Shown piece after piece: positions 12,086 to 25,300 of a DNA stretch of 62,664 bases. Source of the DNA: Octopus bimaculoides. Lineage: Eukaryota. The stretch covers positions 22,553,308 to 22,615,971 of the forward strand of contig NC_068995.1 in NCBI RefSeq assembly GCF_001194135.2. Reading direction: 5' to 3'. The notes beneath the pieces were generated by a model that saw only the letters and a list, made by a program, of their open reading frames with translations, was not told the origin of the DNA and searched no databases. A program made the position numbers and the translations under genes. Numbering within the stretch: position 1 is the stretch's first letter; each line of letters opens with the position of its first letter.

Positions 12086-13569
12086 TAGCAGTTTGTCATT
12101 AACTGTGATCATCGTGTAATGCAGGATTCACAACAATCTGACTGGTCTAGCGTTCATGATTTCTGCCCCACTGCAACATATTTACGGGCATTAATAAAGA
12201 AAAAGGAGAGCAAAGTCTTCTAGTTACTTCTTTTGTAAGTGAAAACTAATCAAACATTGATGTAATACTTTACAGAACTATAAAAATATTAAATCACACA
12301 GAAAAGCAAAATATATTCTACACTCCTCTTTCGAGTAAATTTGTCATTCCCAACGTGCACCGTCCATTAGAATTACCTTCCAAAATACGTTCTTATTAAA
12401 CGATCACCTATAATAGCTCATGATTTTTATGCATTATTGTGGTCTGCATTTCAAGAACCTATATAATATAATGCACATTGCAGACGCAAAGAAAGTATTG
12501 CATTTTGATTCATCCAGTCATTACTTTTTAATCGTGTGACACATAAAACATGTAATATTTAATAAGGACGTCAAATTGCCACAGGCGACACAACTTCAGC
12601 TATGATTTCTACGAAATTAAAGAAAGTTATTTTAAGCTAATTGCTAAGGATAATTTAAACAGTTAGATCGTCAAAATATTCTATATTATGGAAATTTCAA
12701 TATCGCTCAATGTTTCTTGAACTAAATACTGGACATAATTGCAAACTTTAAAGCCATTTCTTTTAAAACAATCATTGAATTAAGCTGAAAGTATTCTTTC
12801 CATATTTTCTCCTTATCAACAGAAGAATTCGGTCAGTATAATCAAATTGTATCCCACGAAATCTAACACATGTTATCTGAACATAATGTACTGTTTGAGA
12901 TGGCTTTTACGACTTTCTTCATAACGATCGGCAAACAGAACAATCAGATTAACTTACACTGACATTCTCATTAAAGTTTGGCGGTGGATAAAGTTCTTTA
13001 AAGCACAACATACACAACAGTAATTTCCATTACTATGCTTGTTTATCGAAGATAATATTTGTCAGCTTAAATGAGTCGCTTAAATAACAGCTGTATCTTA
13101 ATGCAGTTCGAAAATAATACTGCTAATATTGATATTATTAGCAACACTGATGTCCCATTTTTATTTATTTATTTATTATGCTATTATTAAAGCACTTTAC
13201 TTTGAATAACAAATTATGAAGTGCGTCACTATGTAGAGGTTTACAAGATACAAATAATTGATTCACTGCATTTATAACGGGAAAAATTGAGGTACTGCGT
13301 GTAACCCAGATGACCTAGTTTGACGAACAGTGAGTTTCGCCGTTGTTTTTCATCATTCGGCAGAAGATATAATGGTTCATGCATCAATACGTTTATGTGC
13401 GTTACACAAACACGAACACAGACACAAGAACAAACGTATATATGCATACATATATACATCCATGTATTGCAAAAGATTCTACAGTTACAGTCTACCAAAA
13501 TTTTAATAACAAATATATTAGGAAAGTGTTTTTGTGTATTTTCTTGTTTGTTTGATCTATTTTCATCGT

Positions 13570-13770
13570 CATCAGCAGCAGCGGCAGCAGCAGCACCAGT
13601 AGCACCAGCACCAGCAGCACCAGCACCGGCATTATAGTCTTCTTCTTCTTCTTCTTCTTCTTCTTCTTCTTCTTCTTCTTCTTCTTCTTCTTCTTCTTCT
13701 TCTTCTTCTTCTTCTTCTTCTTCTTCTTCTTCTTCTTCTTCTTCTTCTCATCCTCCTCTTTTTTCTTCTT
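13570..13770. repeat. (GCA/CCA)-rich tract followed by long (TTC)n
   Basis: Directly visible. Confidence 0.95.
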
Positions 13771-14231
13771 AATTACATATATTATTTTTCTTCTTCAATT
13801 TGTAATTGCATTTACAATACTGAACGTAATGCGTTGAACGAACCCCCGGTAACCCTATCGATTTAAAGATCGTTTCTGGAGGTCAAACGAATAAGTATTG
13901 CTCTTTTCCGTATATGCCCACAAGGCGGTTTCAACTCAGTAAAGAAAAACTAACAAAGTACCCATTGATTATTCAGTGCTGGTTGAAGTGACATGTCTTT
14001 GCTTCTCATACATTACAAAGGCAATTTATTGTTACACGTCTTTCTAATATATCAGAATTTGCTTTGAAGTTTTAACTGCCAACTATATTATTAAACATAT
14101 TAATCATAACGATTGCGTAACCTTCCCAAAGCGATCGCAACTAAAAAAAAAATAACAAGAGTTCAGTACCACTACCACTAACAACAAAAACAACAGCAGA
14201 AACAGCCGCTGCAACAACAACAACAACACTA

Positions 14232-14265
<34 letters not shown>

Positions 14266-14266
<1 letters not shown>

Positions 14267-14468
14267 GGTTTCAAATTTTGGCCATTAATTTCGGTAGAGG
14301 GAGCAAGTCAATTACATTGACCCCAGTAATCAACTGGTATTTAATTTATTGACCGCAAAAGGTTGAAATATTGACCTCGAAAGAATTTGAACCTAAAACG
14401 TAAACACGAACCAAATACTGCTATGAAGTTTTTCCGTCTTACTCAGGATTTAGTCAGCTCCCGACTCC
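14266..14468 (-). mobile_element. SINE family B flanked by (TAA)n on both sides
   Basis: Homologous to 14519-14731 and 34147-34345. On the minus strand it has a (TTA)n tail after CAAAATTTGAAACCG. Confidence 0.75.
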
Positions 14469-14518
<50 letters not shown>

Positions 14519-14731
14519 CCTTTCTACTAAAGGCACAAATCCTGAAATTTGACAGGAGGAGACTAGTCTATTACATCGACCCCAGTGTTTCACTGGTATT
14601 TAATTTATCGATCCCGAGAGAATGAATGGCAAAGCCGACCTCGGTGTAATTTGAACTCAGGACCTGAAGACGAACAAACTGCCAGAAAGCATTTTGTCCC
14701 GCATGCTATCTATCCTGCCAGCTCTCTGCTT
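14519..14731 (-). mobile_element. SINE family B
   Basis: Reverse complement has an A-box-like GAGCTGGCAGGATAG, B-box GAGTTCAAATT, the central domain and a (TTA)n tail. Confidence 0.8.
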
Positions 14732-14769
14732 TCAATGATGATGACGATGATGAATGATGATAGGAATAA

Positions 14770-15810
14770 ACATGCTAGCCATACCAGTCATAAATTACAG
14801 CTTTACTGGAAGATCAGTGAATTAAGAAACCTAGATAGAAAAATCAGAAAGATACTAACAGCGTACCGAAATCACCACCCCAAAGCAGACGCAGAATATA
14901 TCTACCCCAATGAGAAGAAGGACATTGCCTGATACTGATAGAGAACTATTACAAAATAACAGCAGTCGAACTAGGAACAAAGTGTGGGGGACTACTGCAT
15001 GTAATAAAGCGACACGAGAAAAAGAAAACGCTTTTTTCTAAACTCAAGGAAGCGACAAAATACAAAACAGAAACAAACTACACTGATACATTGATCTCAG
15101 TTGACAACATAGCAGAAATAATCAAAGTGACAAAGAACAACATGAAATCATAATTACAAAATATATTGAAGAAATGGAGCGAAAATCACTCCATGGCTAA
15201 TACCCTGCAAAGTTTGCCAGACAGGAAATGAACCTAAGTAAAAGGTTCAATGCCTCAACAGCTCTGGACTAAAAGCTGAAACAGAAGGACTGTTTTTCGC
15301 CGCACAAGACCAATGCCTGACTACAAACAATAATAAAATCAAAATTATGATTGACAACAGGCGCTAAAACCAAATGCAGAATGTGCAACCAGCACAATGA
15401 GACAGTTTTGTCAAATCTTAATATATTTACAGAAACGACCGAGTAAGCAGTTCTACCCACAGGGAAATATGCCAGCGTCGCAACATTAAAACTGACATTA
15501 GGTGGTATAAGCATGTTCCAAACAAGGTACAAGCCAACGAACATGGCACACTGATGTGGGATGTGACAGTTCAAACCGACAAAAGAATAGTAGCTAATCG
15601 CCCAGACATAATAATCAAGGACTGGTGACAAACGCTTACTTACTGATAGACATTGCAGTCCCTTCTGATCAAAAGATTGTCCAAAAAATATTTAAGACGT
15701 GGGGCATAAAGTTAAAAACGATATCAATGATAATTCAACAGTACATGCTATCCCCCAAAATAGCTCTGCTAAGAATAACCCACATCCTACGCAAGACACT
15801 ATCAATTCAA
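14770..15810 (+). mobile_element. R4/Dong-clade LINE, older subfamily, 3' half decayed
   Basis: ELRNLDRKIRKILTAYRNHHPKAD, LKAETEGLFFAAQDQCL, CRMCNQHNETV, ANRPDIIIK, LLIDIAVP and ITHILRKTLSIQ* across shifted frames. Confidence 0.85.
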
Positions 15811-16149
15811 TAAAACAACCTAAACAAACCAATCCGCAAATATAAGACACTCTATACAGCAGTCACCCAGGGAAATAAATCTGATAAGCAACGCATTACA
15901 TAATCATCACATAATACATGCAGTAACATAACAAAAGATTGCACCACACACCCAAAAGAAAAAAAAAAACTATCATAATACAACTCGGGAAGAGTTTACA
16001 CACTCCCAACAACAGAAAGGAAGGCACAATGCTGCACACACCTCAGCAACACGGAAGTGTAGCAGGTGATGCAGTAGAAATTTGCCTTTAACTACCAAAC
16101 GTTGAACAATAATATAATAATAATAATAATTATTATTATTATTATTATA

Positions 16150-16535
16150 ATATAGAAATTAGCAAAATGTGGAATCTGAAGACGAAAACATTACCTATTG
16201 TCATAGGTGCCCTGGGAATGACAGCGAAACGGGCTGATTACTACCTAGATCAGATTCCAGGAAACCCCAAAATGGCTGAAGTTCAAAAGATAGTGCTCAT
16301 GGGAACTGCCCATTTCCTACGTAAAATACTGTCTATGTGATCTCAAATTTTAAAGCAAACACATAATTTTCTTATGGTTTCTTAAACATTCACTTGAACA
16401 AAACTGTACAAATCCAAATATATGGCACCCTAGGCATAACACCTACATGAACTTCTAACTTGTTGTCTCTTGAGGTCTCTGGGTGAGACTTGGATCCAAC
16501 TTGTACAAATGCAAAACAGAAGTCAAACATAAAAT
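16150..16535 (+). mobile_element. R4/Dong 3' terminal fragment with (TAA)n tail
   Basis: EISKMWNLKTKTLPIVIGALG...GTAHFLRKILSM* plus a 3' UTR nearly identical to 11811-11948 and 35026-35163. Confidence 0.9.
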
Positions 16536-16558
16536 AATAATAATAATAATAGTAATAC

Positions 16559-16610
<52 letters not shown>

Positions 16611-16639
16611 TTTTTAAAGAATTGACGTAATTCTTCACA

Positions 16640-17160
16640 ACGGGAAACAGTCAAGACGAAGAGCGCGATTTGACTGTAATAAGTATTTTATTGGTTGAAC
16701 GATATTTCGACAGTAAGTCTGTTTTTGTCGAGTTCAAAATAAGAAATGATAAAAGTTCAAAATTATAGAAATTTTAATTTTAAGTATGAACAAGAGCAAC
16801 CAGCATCTACACTTTGATGGAATGACATCATCAGTCTTTAAGTTTCAATTTTATAACAGAAAAGAAAAAAGACAGAAAAAGACAGAAACAAAAAAGACTG
16901 AAAGAAATAGGAAAGAAAAAATAAAAAGACAAAAGAAAAATATTTAATCAAACAGTTTTGCATAAATTTGATGATATTCTGTTATTTTATTCATTCCTCC
17001 AGGGTGTGATGCTATTAAGCCGCAAGCATATTTCTCCTCATACATTTTGAGAAGTCAAAGTGAAGCAGATTCAGAATATTTTCTGAGAATATGCGCTTTC
17101 AGGTCTTTTTCTAAATTGCAGCTGTTTCAGGCAAAATATTCGGCAAGTTCTGTCTAACTA
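16640..17160 (-). mobile_element. Penelope-like 3' end relic
   Basis: Minus strand reads EEKYACGLIASHPGGMNK (GIY-YIG C-terminus-like), followed by a pyrimidine-rich UTR and a hammerhead-like motif. Confidence 0.5.
16697..16735 (-). ncRNA. Degenerate minimal hammerhead remnant
   Basis: Reverse complement GAAC-TCGACAA-AAACAG-ACTTA-CTGTC-GAAA-TATC-GTTC. Stem I (GAAC/GTTC) is intact, stem II partly so, and the CUGANGA core is mutated. Confidence 0.4.
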
Positions 17161-17171
17161 CTGTTATTGTG

Positions 17172-17512
17172 CCTACAGCAAATATTCTGCTCAATACCAT
17201 AGATTTTCTTGTCAGTTGTTTGACCTTAATCAGTTGAGCATGTCCCTTGGTGGCCGACGATATCCTTAAACAACCCTTATTCAGGGACATTTTGAGCAGG
17301 ATGGGCTACTCGACTTGAAGAATATTCTAACTGGGCCCCACCTGCGAGGTCATGCACTGTTTATCCTCATATGAGATCACCATGTCGCGCAAATATGGAT
17401 GAAATGCATGTGCTTGGTGTACCCTTATCAGACGGGCAGTCATGATGGGTATAATGGGCTTTGTATATTTTACCCCAGTGTCACTTTGATGGCATGCACT
17501 GCTCACACACTC
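17172..17512 (+). mobile_element. Non-coding TAA-associated interspersed element, copy 1 (left end missing, internal deletion)
   Basis: 17173-17262 matches 35778-35868, and 17263-17512 matches 35358-35602. Ends CACACTC then (AAT)n. Confidence 0.8.
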
Positions 17513-17531
17513 AATAATAATAATAATAATA

Positions 17532-17579
<48 letters not shown>

Positions 17580-17627
17580 ACAACAACAACAACAATATTA
17601 ATAATAATAATAATAATAATAATAGTA

Positions 17628-17703
17628 GGGGTGAGACTTGAGGTCTCTGGTTGAGACTTGGATCCTACTTGTACAAATGCAAAACAAAAGTCAAACATAA
17701 AAT
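17628..17703 (+). mobile_element. R4/Dong extreme 3' tip inserted in (TAA)n
   Basis: GAGGTCTCTGGTTGAGACTTGGATCC...AGTCAAACATAAAA with TAA repeats on both sides. Confidence 0.85.
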
Positions 17704-17760
17704 AATGATAATAATAATAATAGTAATACTAATAATAATAATAATAACAACAACAACAAC

Positions 17761-17828
<68 letters not shown>

Positions 17829-17829
<1 letters not shown>

Positions 17830-19700
17830 GAGGCAAATTTCTGGTTCCCTCACTCCCATGCACACACGAAAAGTTAGTCCAGTTATTCAATGAAATTATG
17901 AGATATCTTACGAAAACACCTGATTACATAACAAGAGGTATTACTTACCTAGTCCTGAAAAATAATGAAACCAAATTTCCTTAAATGTATCGGTCCATAT
18001 CATGTCTATCACCACGTATACAATTTTAACGTTCATCCTCGTGGAGAAAACATATGAATTTTTAGAACATAACATATCTTCCCCACTTAACAAAAAGTGT
18101 GCTGACGAGGCTCATATGGTTGCAAAGACCAACTCTTAATAAATCGCATGCTTGAGAACTATCATAACAAACGCAAGGATTGATTATAAGTTCTGCAAGG
18201 ATTGATTATAAAAAGGCATTCAACAGCATACAACATTAATGGATCTTGAAATCGCTGGATATCTTCAAACTTTTTCCAGTGATTTCAGAAGGAAAACGCA
18301 GAATATATAAGTGTGGAATACGAATCTTCAACTATACCACTCTAAGGGAGTACTAATCAAAAATATATCAATAATAGATGCGGCATTTTCCAAGGTGACT
18401 CATTTTCCGCTTTAATTTTCTTCGTAGCCCTAATGACCCTTACAAGTAAGCTTAACAGAACAGGGCATGTATATAAAATTGATGAAAGAAAATAAGACAA
18501 CTATTTTATATGGATAACCTAAAAGTACGGCAAATAAGATAATGAGCTTGAATGACTACTACGTACAGTTAAAGCATTTAGTAAAGACATTGAGATGGAA
18601 TTTGGTCTTGATAAATATGCCAAGACTAATTTTCAGAAAAGGAAACTGAAGCTCCCACATTTAGTGGAGTTGGATGTTGACACAGCCATAAAAGAATTCG
18701 AGCAGGAACAAACTTACAAACACCTCGGAATAAATGAGGGCTCTGGCATTCAGCATGCTAATATGATAGAGTAATCCAAAAAGCCGTGTTAAATGCACGT
18801 AACAAGGTGTTAGCTATACATTCCTTCGTAGTTCTGATTTTTATTTACAGCTTCAGTGTGTTGAACTGGAATATGAGCGAAGTAAGTAGTTTGACAGGAA
18901 AATCCGTAAGCTGCTGACTTGCAATGAGATGCACCACCCAAAGGCAGGTGAAGATCCAATTTGAAATCTCCAACAAAACCACCACAATTGGACTGGCAAT
19001 ATATATTGAAACATCTTACGACTGGATGCTAAAGCTCGTTGAAAACCATAAAAGACGTAAGACGATAAATTCTGGTTTGAAGGAGAGCAAAATATTTTCT
19101 AGTGAGTTTATGCATAATACCCAAGTTGATGGAAGTGCAAAGAAGGTTAAATCAATACCAACGTAAAATGCGTTTGAAAAATTGGCTTATAGGTGGGAAC
19201 AAAAACCTCTGATGGCAAATATGTGGCCTGTAGCAAACGAGCTCATATAGATCAGAAGCACACCCATTAGTGGCTACCGATCTCTGGGCTAAAGGCAGAG
19301 AGTGAAGGCTTTATCTTTCCTGTCCAAAATCAGAGCTTATTGACCCAGAACTATCACGCCAAATTGATGAAAAATGGTGTAGACCAAAAGTACCGATACT
19401 GCAAAGATGGGACTAAAACAGTGTGCACCTAATCTCTGGATGTAAGGTTTTAGCACCTGTAGAATACAAATTAAGACATGACTGAGTTGGGCAATATCTA
19501 CATTGGACAATGTGTCGGCATTATAAAATCAAAATTGCTGACAAATCACCACTCCGAGGGTGTAACTGGTGGGAGATAATGTAACAGTTGGTTGGGACTT
19601 CGCAGTATGTACAGACCGGATCATCAAAGCAAACAACCCAAATATTCTTGTGAAAGATGAAAACAGTAAAGTCTGTTTATTGACTGACATTAGCACGATA
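17829..19700 (+). mobile_element. R4/Dong LINE relic, RT to start of endonuclease, many frameshifts
   Basis: GIFQGDSFS(A)LIF at about 18380, YMDNLK, QHANM, QNYHAKLMK, RHD, DRIIKANNPNI. Begins directly after (TAA)n and is homologous to 22430-24200 in reverse. Confidence 0.85.
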
Positions 19701-19799
19701 AGTTCCTTCACATGAGGATATTAAATGAACTCGTAAAACAATGAAATACAATAAATAAATAAATCTTTTATATTCTATATTTCATTTATCTCAGGTTAT

Positions 19800-20057
19800 G
19801 GCTACGCTGGGGCATTTTTGCGTGGTTGTAAACAGACCAACACCGATTGTTATGCAGTCATGGATGGAGAAACAAAAACAGAAACAGACACACATACACG
19901 CGCGCACTCAAACACGCAGACACATACATGAATATATATTCGGCGAGCTTCTTTCGGTTTCCGTCTACCAAATATACTAACAAGGCTTTAGTCAACCCGA
20001 GGTTATAGTAGAAGGCACTTGTCCAAGGTACCACGTAGTGCGACTCAAGCCGGAACC
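19800..20057 (-). mobile_element. SINE family A, decayed
   Basis: Reverse complement GGTTCCGGCTTGAGTCGCACTACGTGGTACCTTGGACAAGTGCCTTCTACTATAACC is a head/CORE-like match. Confidence 0.7.
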
Positions 20058-21379
20058 GAATAAATATACTGATGAACGTCAATATATTAGTTGTTTTAGT
20101 AAACAAAATGACTTTATACGCAATTAGTTAGAAACAAAATAAATATTCTGCGGTCATTTAGAATTTACTAATTTAAATCCTACAGAGAATTATTCTGTTT
20201 AAAAAAGATATGTGTTCTACCACTAAAAGAAAACTACAAACATTTATGGTAGGATTATACAAGTAAAGAGTGGAAAGAATAATAAGTGAAGAATAGAAAA
20301 AAGTTAGCGGGAAGATTGAATGCATGACAAAAAGTAAATAAATAAAATGTTCTTTTCTGTATTCAAAGAAGATAACATGTACAACACAGAGGCAGCCGTA
20401 ACAGACAGCTGTCAGAAAAATGTAGAAACAACAGAAAGCATAAATCTACAGAGAAAGTAAAATCTAAACAGAAAATAAGTGATAACTAATTTCAAGTAGA
20501 TAAGAAAATTATACACATTTTGGCAACTTATATGTTGTGAAAAGAAACCCCGATACAGGAAACAAGAATAGTTGATTGCAGCAGAATAGAACTAGAAATG
20601 TCACCACTGTAGCTATTGTAGAACATGATTCAGAACTTTGTCTGAACTGCTTTGGAAGCAATAAAAAGTGAAAAAAATATTGTTCTCGCATTAGTTATTA
20701 TCCCAAGTAAAGATCAAGGTAATATACATAAATATCAGGCTATAATTATTTATCTGTCAGTGATCGGTGAAATAAGTAAATAGTGAAGTGCTAGCTTAGT
20801 CTAATAAGCTGCACAATTTTACTTAATCCACTCTATGCCTGTACTGACATCAAGTAAACGGTGCTGATGAATGCTTATCAAAATCGAACAAAGGTAAGAA
20901 AGAAAAGGAAATATCAAAACAAAATACAAAAAGTACTAAAATAAAAAGAAATCGCAAAAGGCTTAAAAGAAGTTGTTTGCTTTTTGCTTAATATATTTTC
21001 TTGCAAAACTGTTGGCGCCACGTGCGTTTCATGAATCGTTGCTCTATTTTCTGAAAAATAATAATATAACAACAATAAATGATCTACAATAACTAATTCC
21101 AGACACGTATTTAACTGCGATATTCCTGGTAAAATTTTGTCTTCCATTTAATATTCGCTGAAAGTATTTTTAGGAGAAAGGGAGCTGTATAGAAATTATG
21201 AGTGTTAGGGAATAAAGAGTTGTTGGGTATCAAATACAAAAGAACGTTGGATTTCTAGAACTTCAGTGGCACAGATTAAATAAAACATTTCTTTCAAATA
21301 GAATAAAGGTTTTACCAGCCGCGATGAATCATCCACTAAAAGCTCAAGATTATTTACCTCTCATTATTTCTAAGCTGAT

Positions 21380-21448
21380 AGTATTGTTAGCACACTGGAC
21401 AAAATGCATAGCGGTATTTCCTCCGGGATTACGATTTGATTTTAAATT
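21380..21448 (+). mobile_element. SINE family B head fragment
   Basis: GTTAGCACACTGGACAAAATGCATAGCGGTATTTC matches the reverse complement of the B copies. Confidence 0.55.
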
Positions 21449-21462
21449 ATGTATACACGAAA

Positions 21463-21752
21463 GCGTAGGAGTGGCTATGTGGTAAGTAGCTTGCTTACAA
21501 ACCACATGGTTCCGGGTTCAATCCCGCTGCGTGGCACCTTGGGCAAGTGTCTTCTACTATAGCCTTGGGCTGACCAAACCTTTGTGCGTGGATTTGATAC
21601 AAAGAAACTGAAAGGATCCCGTTGTATATATGTGTATATATGTATGTGTGTATATATGTATGTATGACACTGTTCCCCCCCCTCCATCGCTTGACAACCG
21701 ATGCTGGTGTGTTTACGCCCCCATAATCTAGTGGTTTGGCAACAATAGAGAC
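21463..21752 (+). mobile_element. SINE family A, 3'-truncated
   Basis: GTGGCTATGTGGTAAGTAGCTTGCTTAC...GGTTCAATCCCGCTGCGTGGCACCTTGGGCAAGTG. Confidence 0.85.
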
Positions 21753-22349
21753 GGGCGCCTACGGGTGCGCTAAATTTCGTTATGAGTAACGGTAGATGGT
21801 GAGTTAAAATCTCCATTTTCATTCATGATCGGACAACAAAGCAAAACATCTAAATAGGCAAGAAAAACTGAAGGAAACCTGTTGTAATGCACAAAATATG
21901 GGACTTAAATTTTGTGGAACACTCATATGCCAGATGACTCGCGTCAAAACAGTAGTTGCCTATGAAAAACTACGAGGTACTGGTGAATAATGGAAAATTT
22001 TCGTGCATACAACTAGAAACATAGACAGGAGGTGTTTTTCTAGATTGTAATGAATGATGACCAGAGAATTCTTCAACCAGTGTGCGGAAAGATTACATTT
22101 AATGCGTTGTATTTTTTTAAAGCTTAATTATATCTTGCCTTAAATTTTTTCTGCATTTTCTGTTTATGTTTACGGAATTATCAAATTTTTAACGATTCAT
22201 TCAAATTAATCCTTACCTCACCTCTTGTTCTTAATAAAGCTTGACTTGTCAACCCAAGTATTTTAATATTAAAGTGTTTTATGTAGTTAATAACGAAGAA
22301 ATTACTATTGCATTGTTGTTGTTGGTGGTACTTGTGTAATTGTTATTAA

Positions 22350-25300
22350 TATTATTTTGTTTCATTATTCAAATCTTTCAATTTTGTTTCCATTTCTCCT
22401 GAGTGTCTTCCTGACACCTAGAGAATTTTCAACAGTTTTTATTTTATAATGCCGACACATTTTCCAGTGAAGATATTGGCCAACTATGTCATGTCTTGAT
22501 CTGTATACTACAGGTGCTGAAACCTTACATCCAGAGATTAGGTGGTTCACTGTTTCGATCTCATCGGCGCAGTATCGGCACTTTGGATCATTTTTCATCA
22601 ATTTGGCTTGATAGTTATGGGTCAAAATCGTGGGTAGCCAAGAGAAAGCCTTTACTCTCTACTTTTAGCCCAGAGCTCCGTAGCCACTGATGGGTGTGCT
22701 TCTGGTCTACATCAGCTCGTTTGCTACAGGCCACATATTTGCTATGCAGAGGTTTTTGTTCCTACCTATCAGCCAATTTTTCAAACGCATTTTACTTTGC
22801 TTTTGATTTAACTGTCTTTGCAGCTACAGTTGCTGCACTTGCAACAGCATGGGTATTTTGCCCAAACTCACTTGAAAATATTTTTCTCTCCTTCATAACA
22901 GAATATAGCTTCTTACGTTTTTCATGGTTTTCAACGAGCTTTAGTACCCAGTCTTTAGATGTTTCAAGATATTTTGCCAGTCCAATTGTGGTGGTTTTGT
23001 AGGAGGATTCAGACTAGATCAAGCCTTGACCTCGACCTCGACCTCCTTGAGCCCTGTGCAGGTAAAGACGATCTGCGTCAGCCTTAAGGTGGTGCATCTT
23101 ATTGCAAGTCAGCAGCTTACGGATTTTCCTGTTAATCTTTATTTCGCTCATATTCCAGTTCAACACATTGAAACTATAAATAAAACCGTAACTACTGAGG
23201 AATGTATAGCTAACACCTTGTTACGTGCATATAACTCGGATTTCAGGACTGCTGGAATTCTTGCAACACCCCTTCCTCATTTTTTCCCACGTATTCGTAA
23301 ATTTGTTCCTGATCGAACTTTTTTATGGCTGTGTCAGCATCCAACTCCACTAAATGTGAGGCCGTCAGTTTAAGGAAATTAGCCTTGGCACATTTATTAA
23401 GACCAAATTCCATCCCAAAGTCATCACTGAATGCTTTCGCGGTATGTAGTTATCCTTCAAGCACATTATTGTCTTTGCTATTGAGTTTTAAGTTATCCAT
23501 ATGAAATAGGTGACTTATTTTCTTGTCACCAATTTTGTATCCATGCCCTGTTCTGTTAAGCTCACTTGTAAGGGGTATTAGGGCTATGCAGAAAATTAAA
23601 GGTGAAAGTGAGTCACTTTGGAAAATACCGCCATTGATATTAATATTTTTTGTGGTCAATACTCCTTTAGAGTGGAATAGTTGGAGATTCGTATTCCACA
23701 CTTGTGGAATGTTGTGGTTCAGGAAATTTGAAATCACAGGAAAAAGTCTGAAAATATCCAGCGATTTCAAGATCCATCAATGCGTTATGCTGTCGAATGC
23801 CTCTTTAAAATCAATCCTTGCTAAACTGAGATTTCTGCGTTTGTTATCACAGTTCTCAAGGATCATGCGATTGATTAAGCATTGATTTTGCAACCATATG
23901 AGCCTCGTCAACACCCGTTTTGTTCAGTGGGGAAAATATCATTCTGCTCCACGAATTTGTATGTTTTCTCCACGAGGATGGACGTGAACATTTTATACGT
24001 GGTAGATAGATATTTTATGGGCCGATAGTTTTGGGGAAATTGGTTTCATTATTCTTCGGGATTAGGTAAGTAAAACATCTTGCCAACCAATCAGGTGCTT
24101 TCGTAAGATATTTCATAATTTCATTTAAGAACTGCATTAACATTTCATGAGTGCGCGGAAGTGAGGCGAGCAAGTAATTTGACAGCCTATCATTACCAGG
24201 ATATTTCCTAGGTTTTGCTAGGGTCCTTCTGTGCGTCTAATCCAGTCTGTATTTTCATTATAAATCTTTTCATCACTCCAGATACTTTACCAGAACTTTT
24301 CAACTTCTTCCCTTGGGGGGGGGGGTCTTGACCGTTTTTTTTCTTTCCCTATTTCTAGGTAGAATGTGTTCGCATTGGATGTGAACAGCTTATTTTGAGT
24401 GTAAAATTTGTTTCTTTCTCACATTATTGTTTGAACGTATTATTTGCTTAAATCTTTTGTTGCAGTGTTTCTTATGCTGAAAGCAGTTCGTCTCTTGGTG
24501 AGAATCTATGTTTTCTCTTCATATTTCTTCCTTTTAGGGTTTTTACATCGTTTCCATAGATTAATTCATTCAATATTGTTATTTCACCTCTCATTATTTC
24601 AATCCCTTTTTAAATTTTAGTTTTTCCAGTTTGGACTTCTCAGGTTTGTAGTTCTTTGTTTTTGCAGAGGCATACAACTAGTTTCAATTGTCTTAGCAGC
24701 TGCGTAAAGAATTTTATTTAATTCAATGAGATCTGGTTTTAGTTCTTGTATAATTCCCTTTTTTATATAGTTTCCAATTTTAATTTGCTTTCCATTTTTG
24801 ATTGTATTTGAGAACTTATGAAGTGGTTGTCTATCAATCATATTGGCGTGTCTTACAACTGCAAGCTTATTCAAGATTTTCTGCTTCATTTTTATCATAG
24901 GCACTCTATGTCCTTCAGTAAACGTGTAGTCTTCAAATATTGTTTCTTTGCCGTTTCCACGTTATATTTATCAGGTCCATTACAATTTATTTCTCCAAAT
25001 GTTTGCGTGTTCTGTTCAGATAGCAGTCTTTCAATTGAGACTCGTGGAGAGTTGTTCACTTTGTCTGGTTCTTCCTTTCCTTTCTGTCTTATATTTAGGT
25101 CATTTTCAGATGCGTGTTTGATGGCAGTTATTTCACTATCAGTGAATCTTTTATTTCTGTAGATATCCTTCCCAACATTTGCTAAATTGTTTTCGTCCAA
25201 ATATAGTCTGCTGTATTGATCTAGTATTCTCCATATTTGATAAGTGTATGCAGCCTGTTTCTCTTCAGATGGCTTGCCTAATGCATAGTAATAGGCGTAT

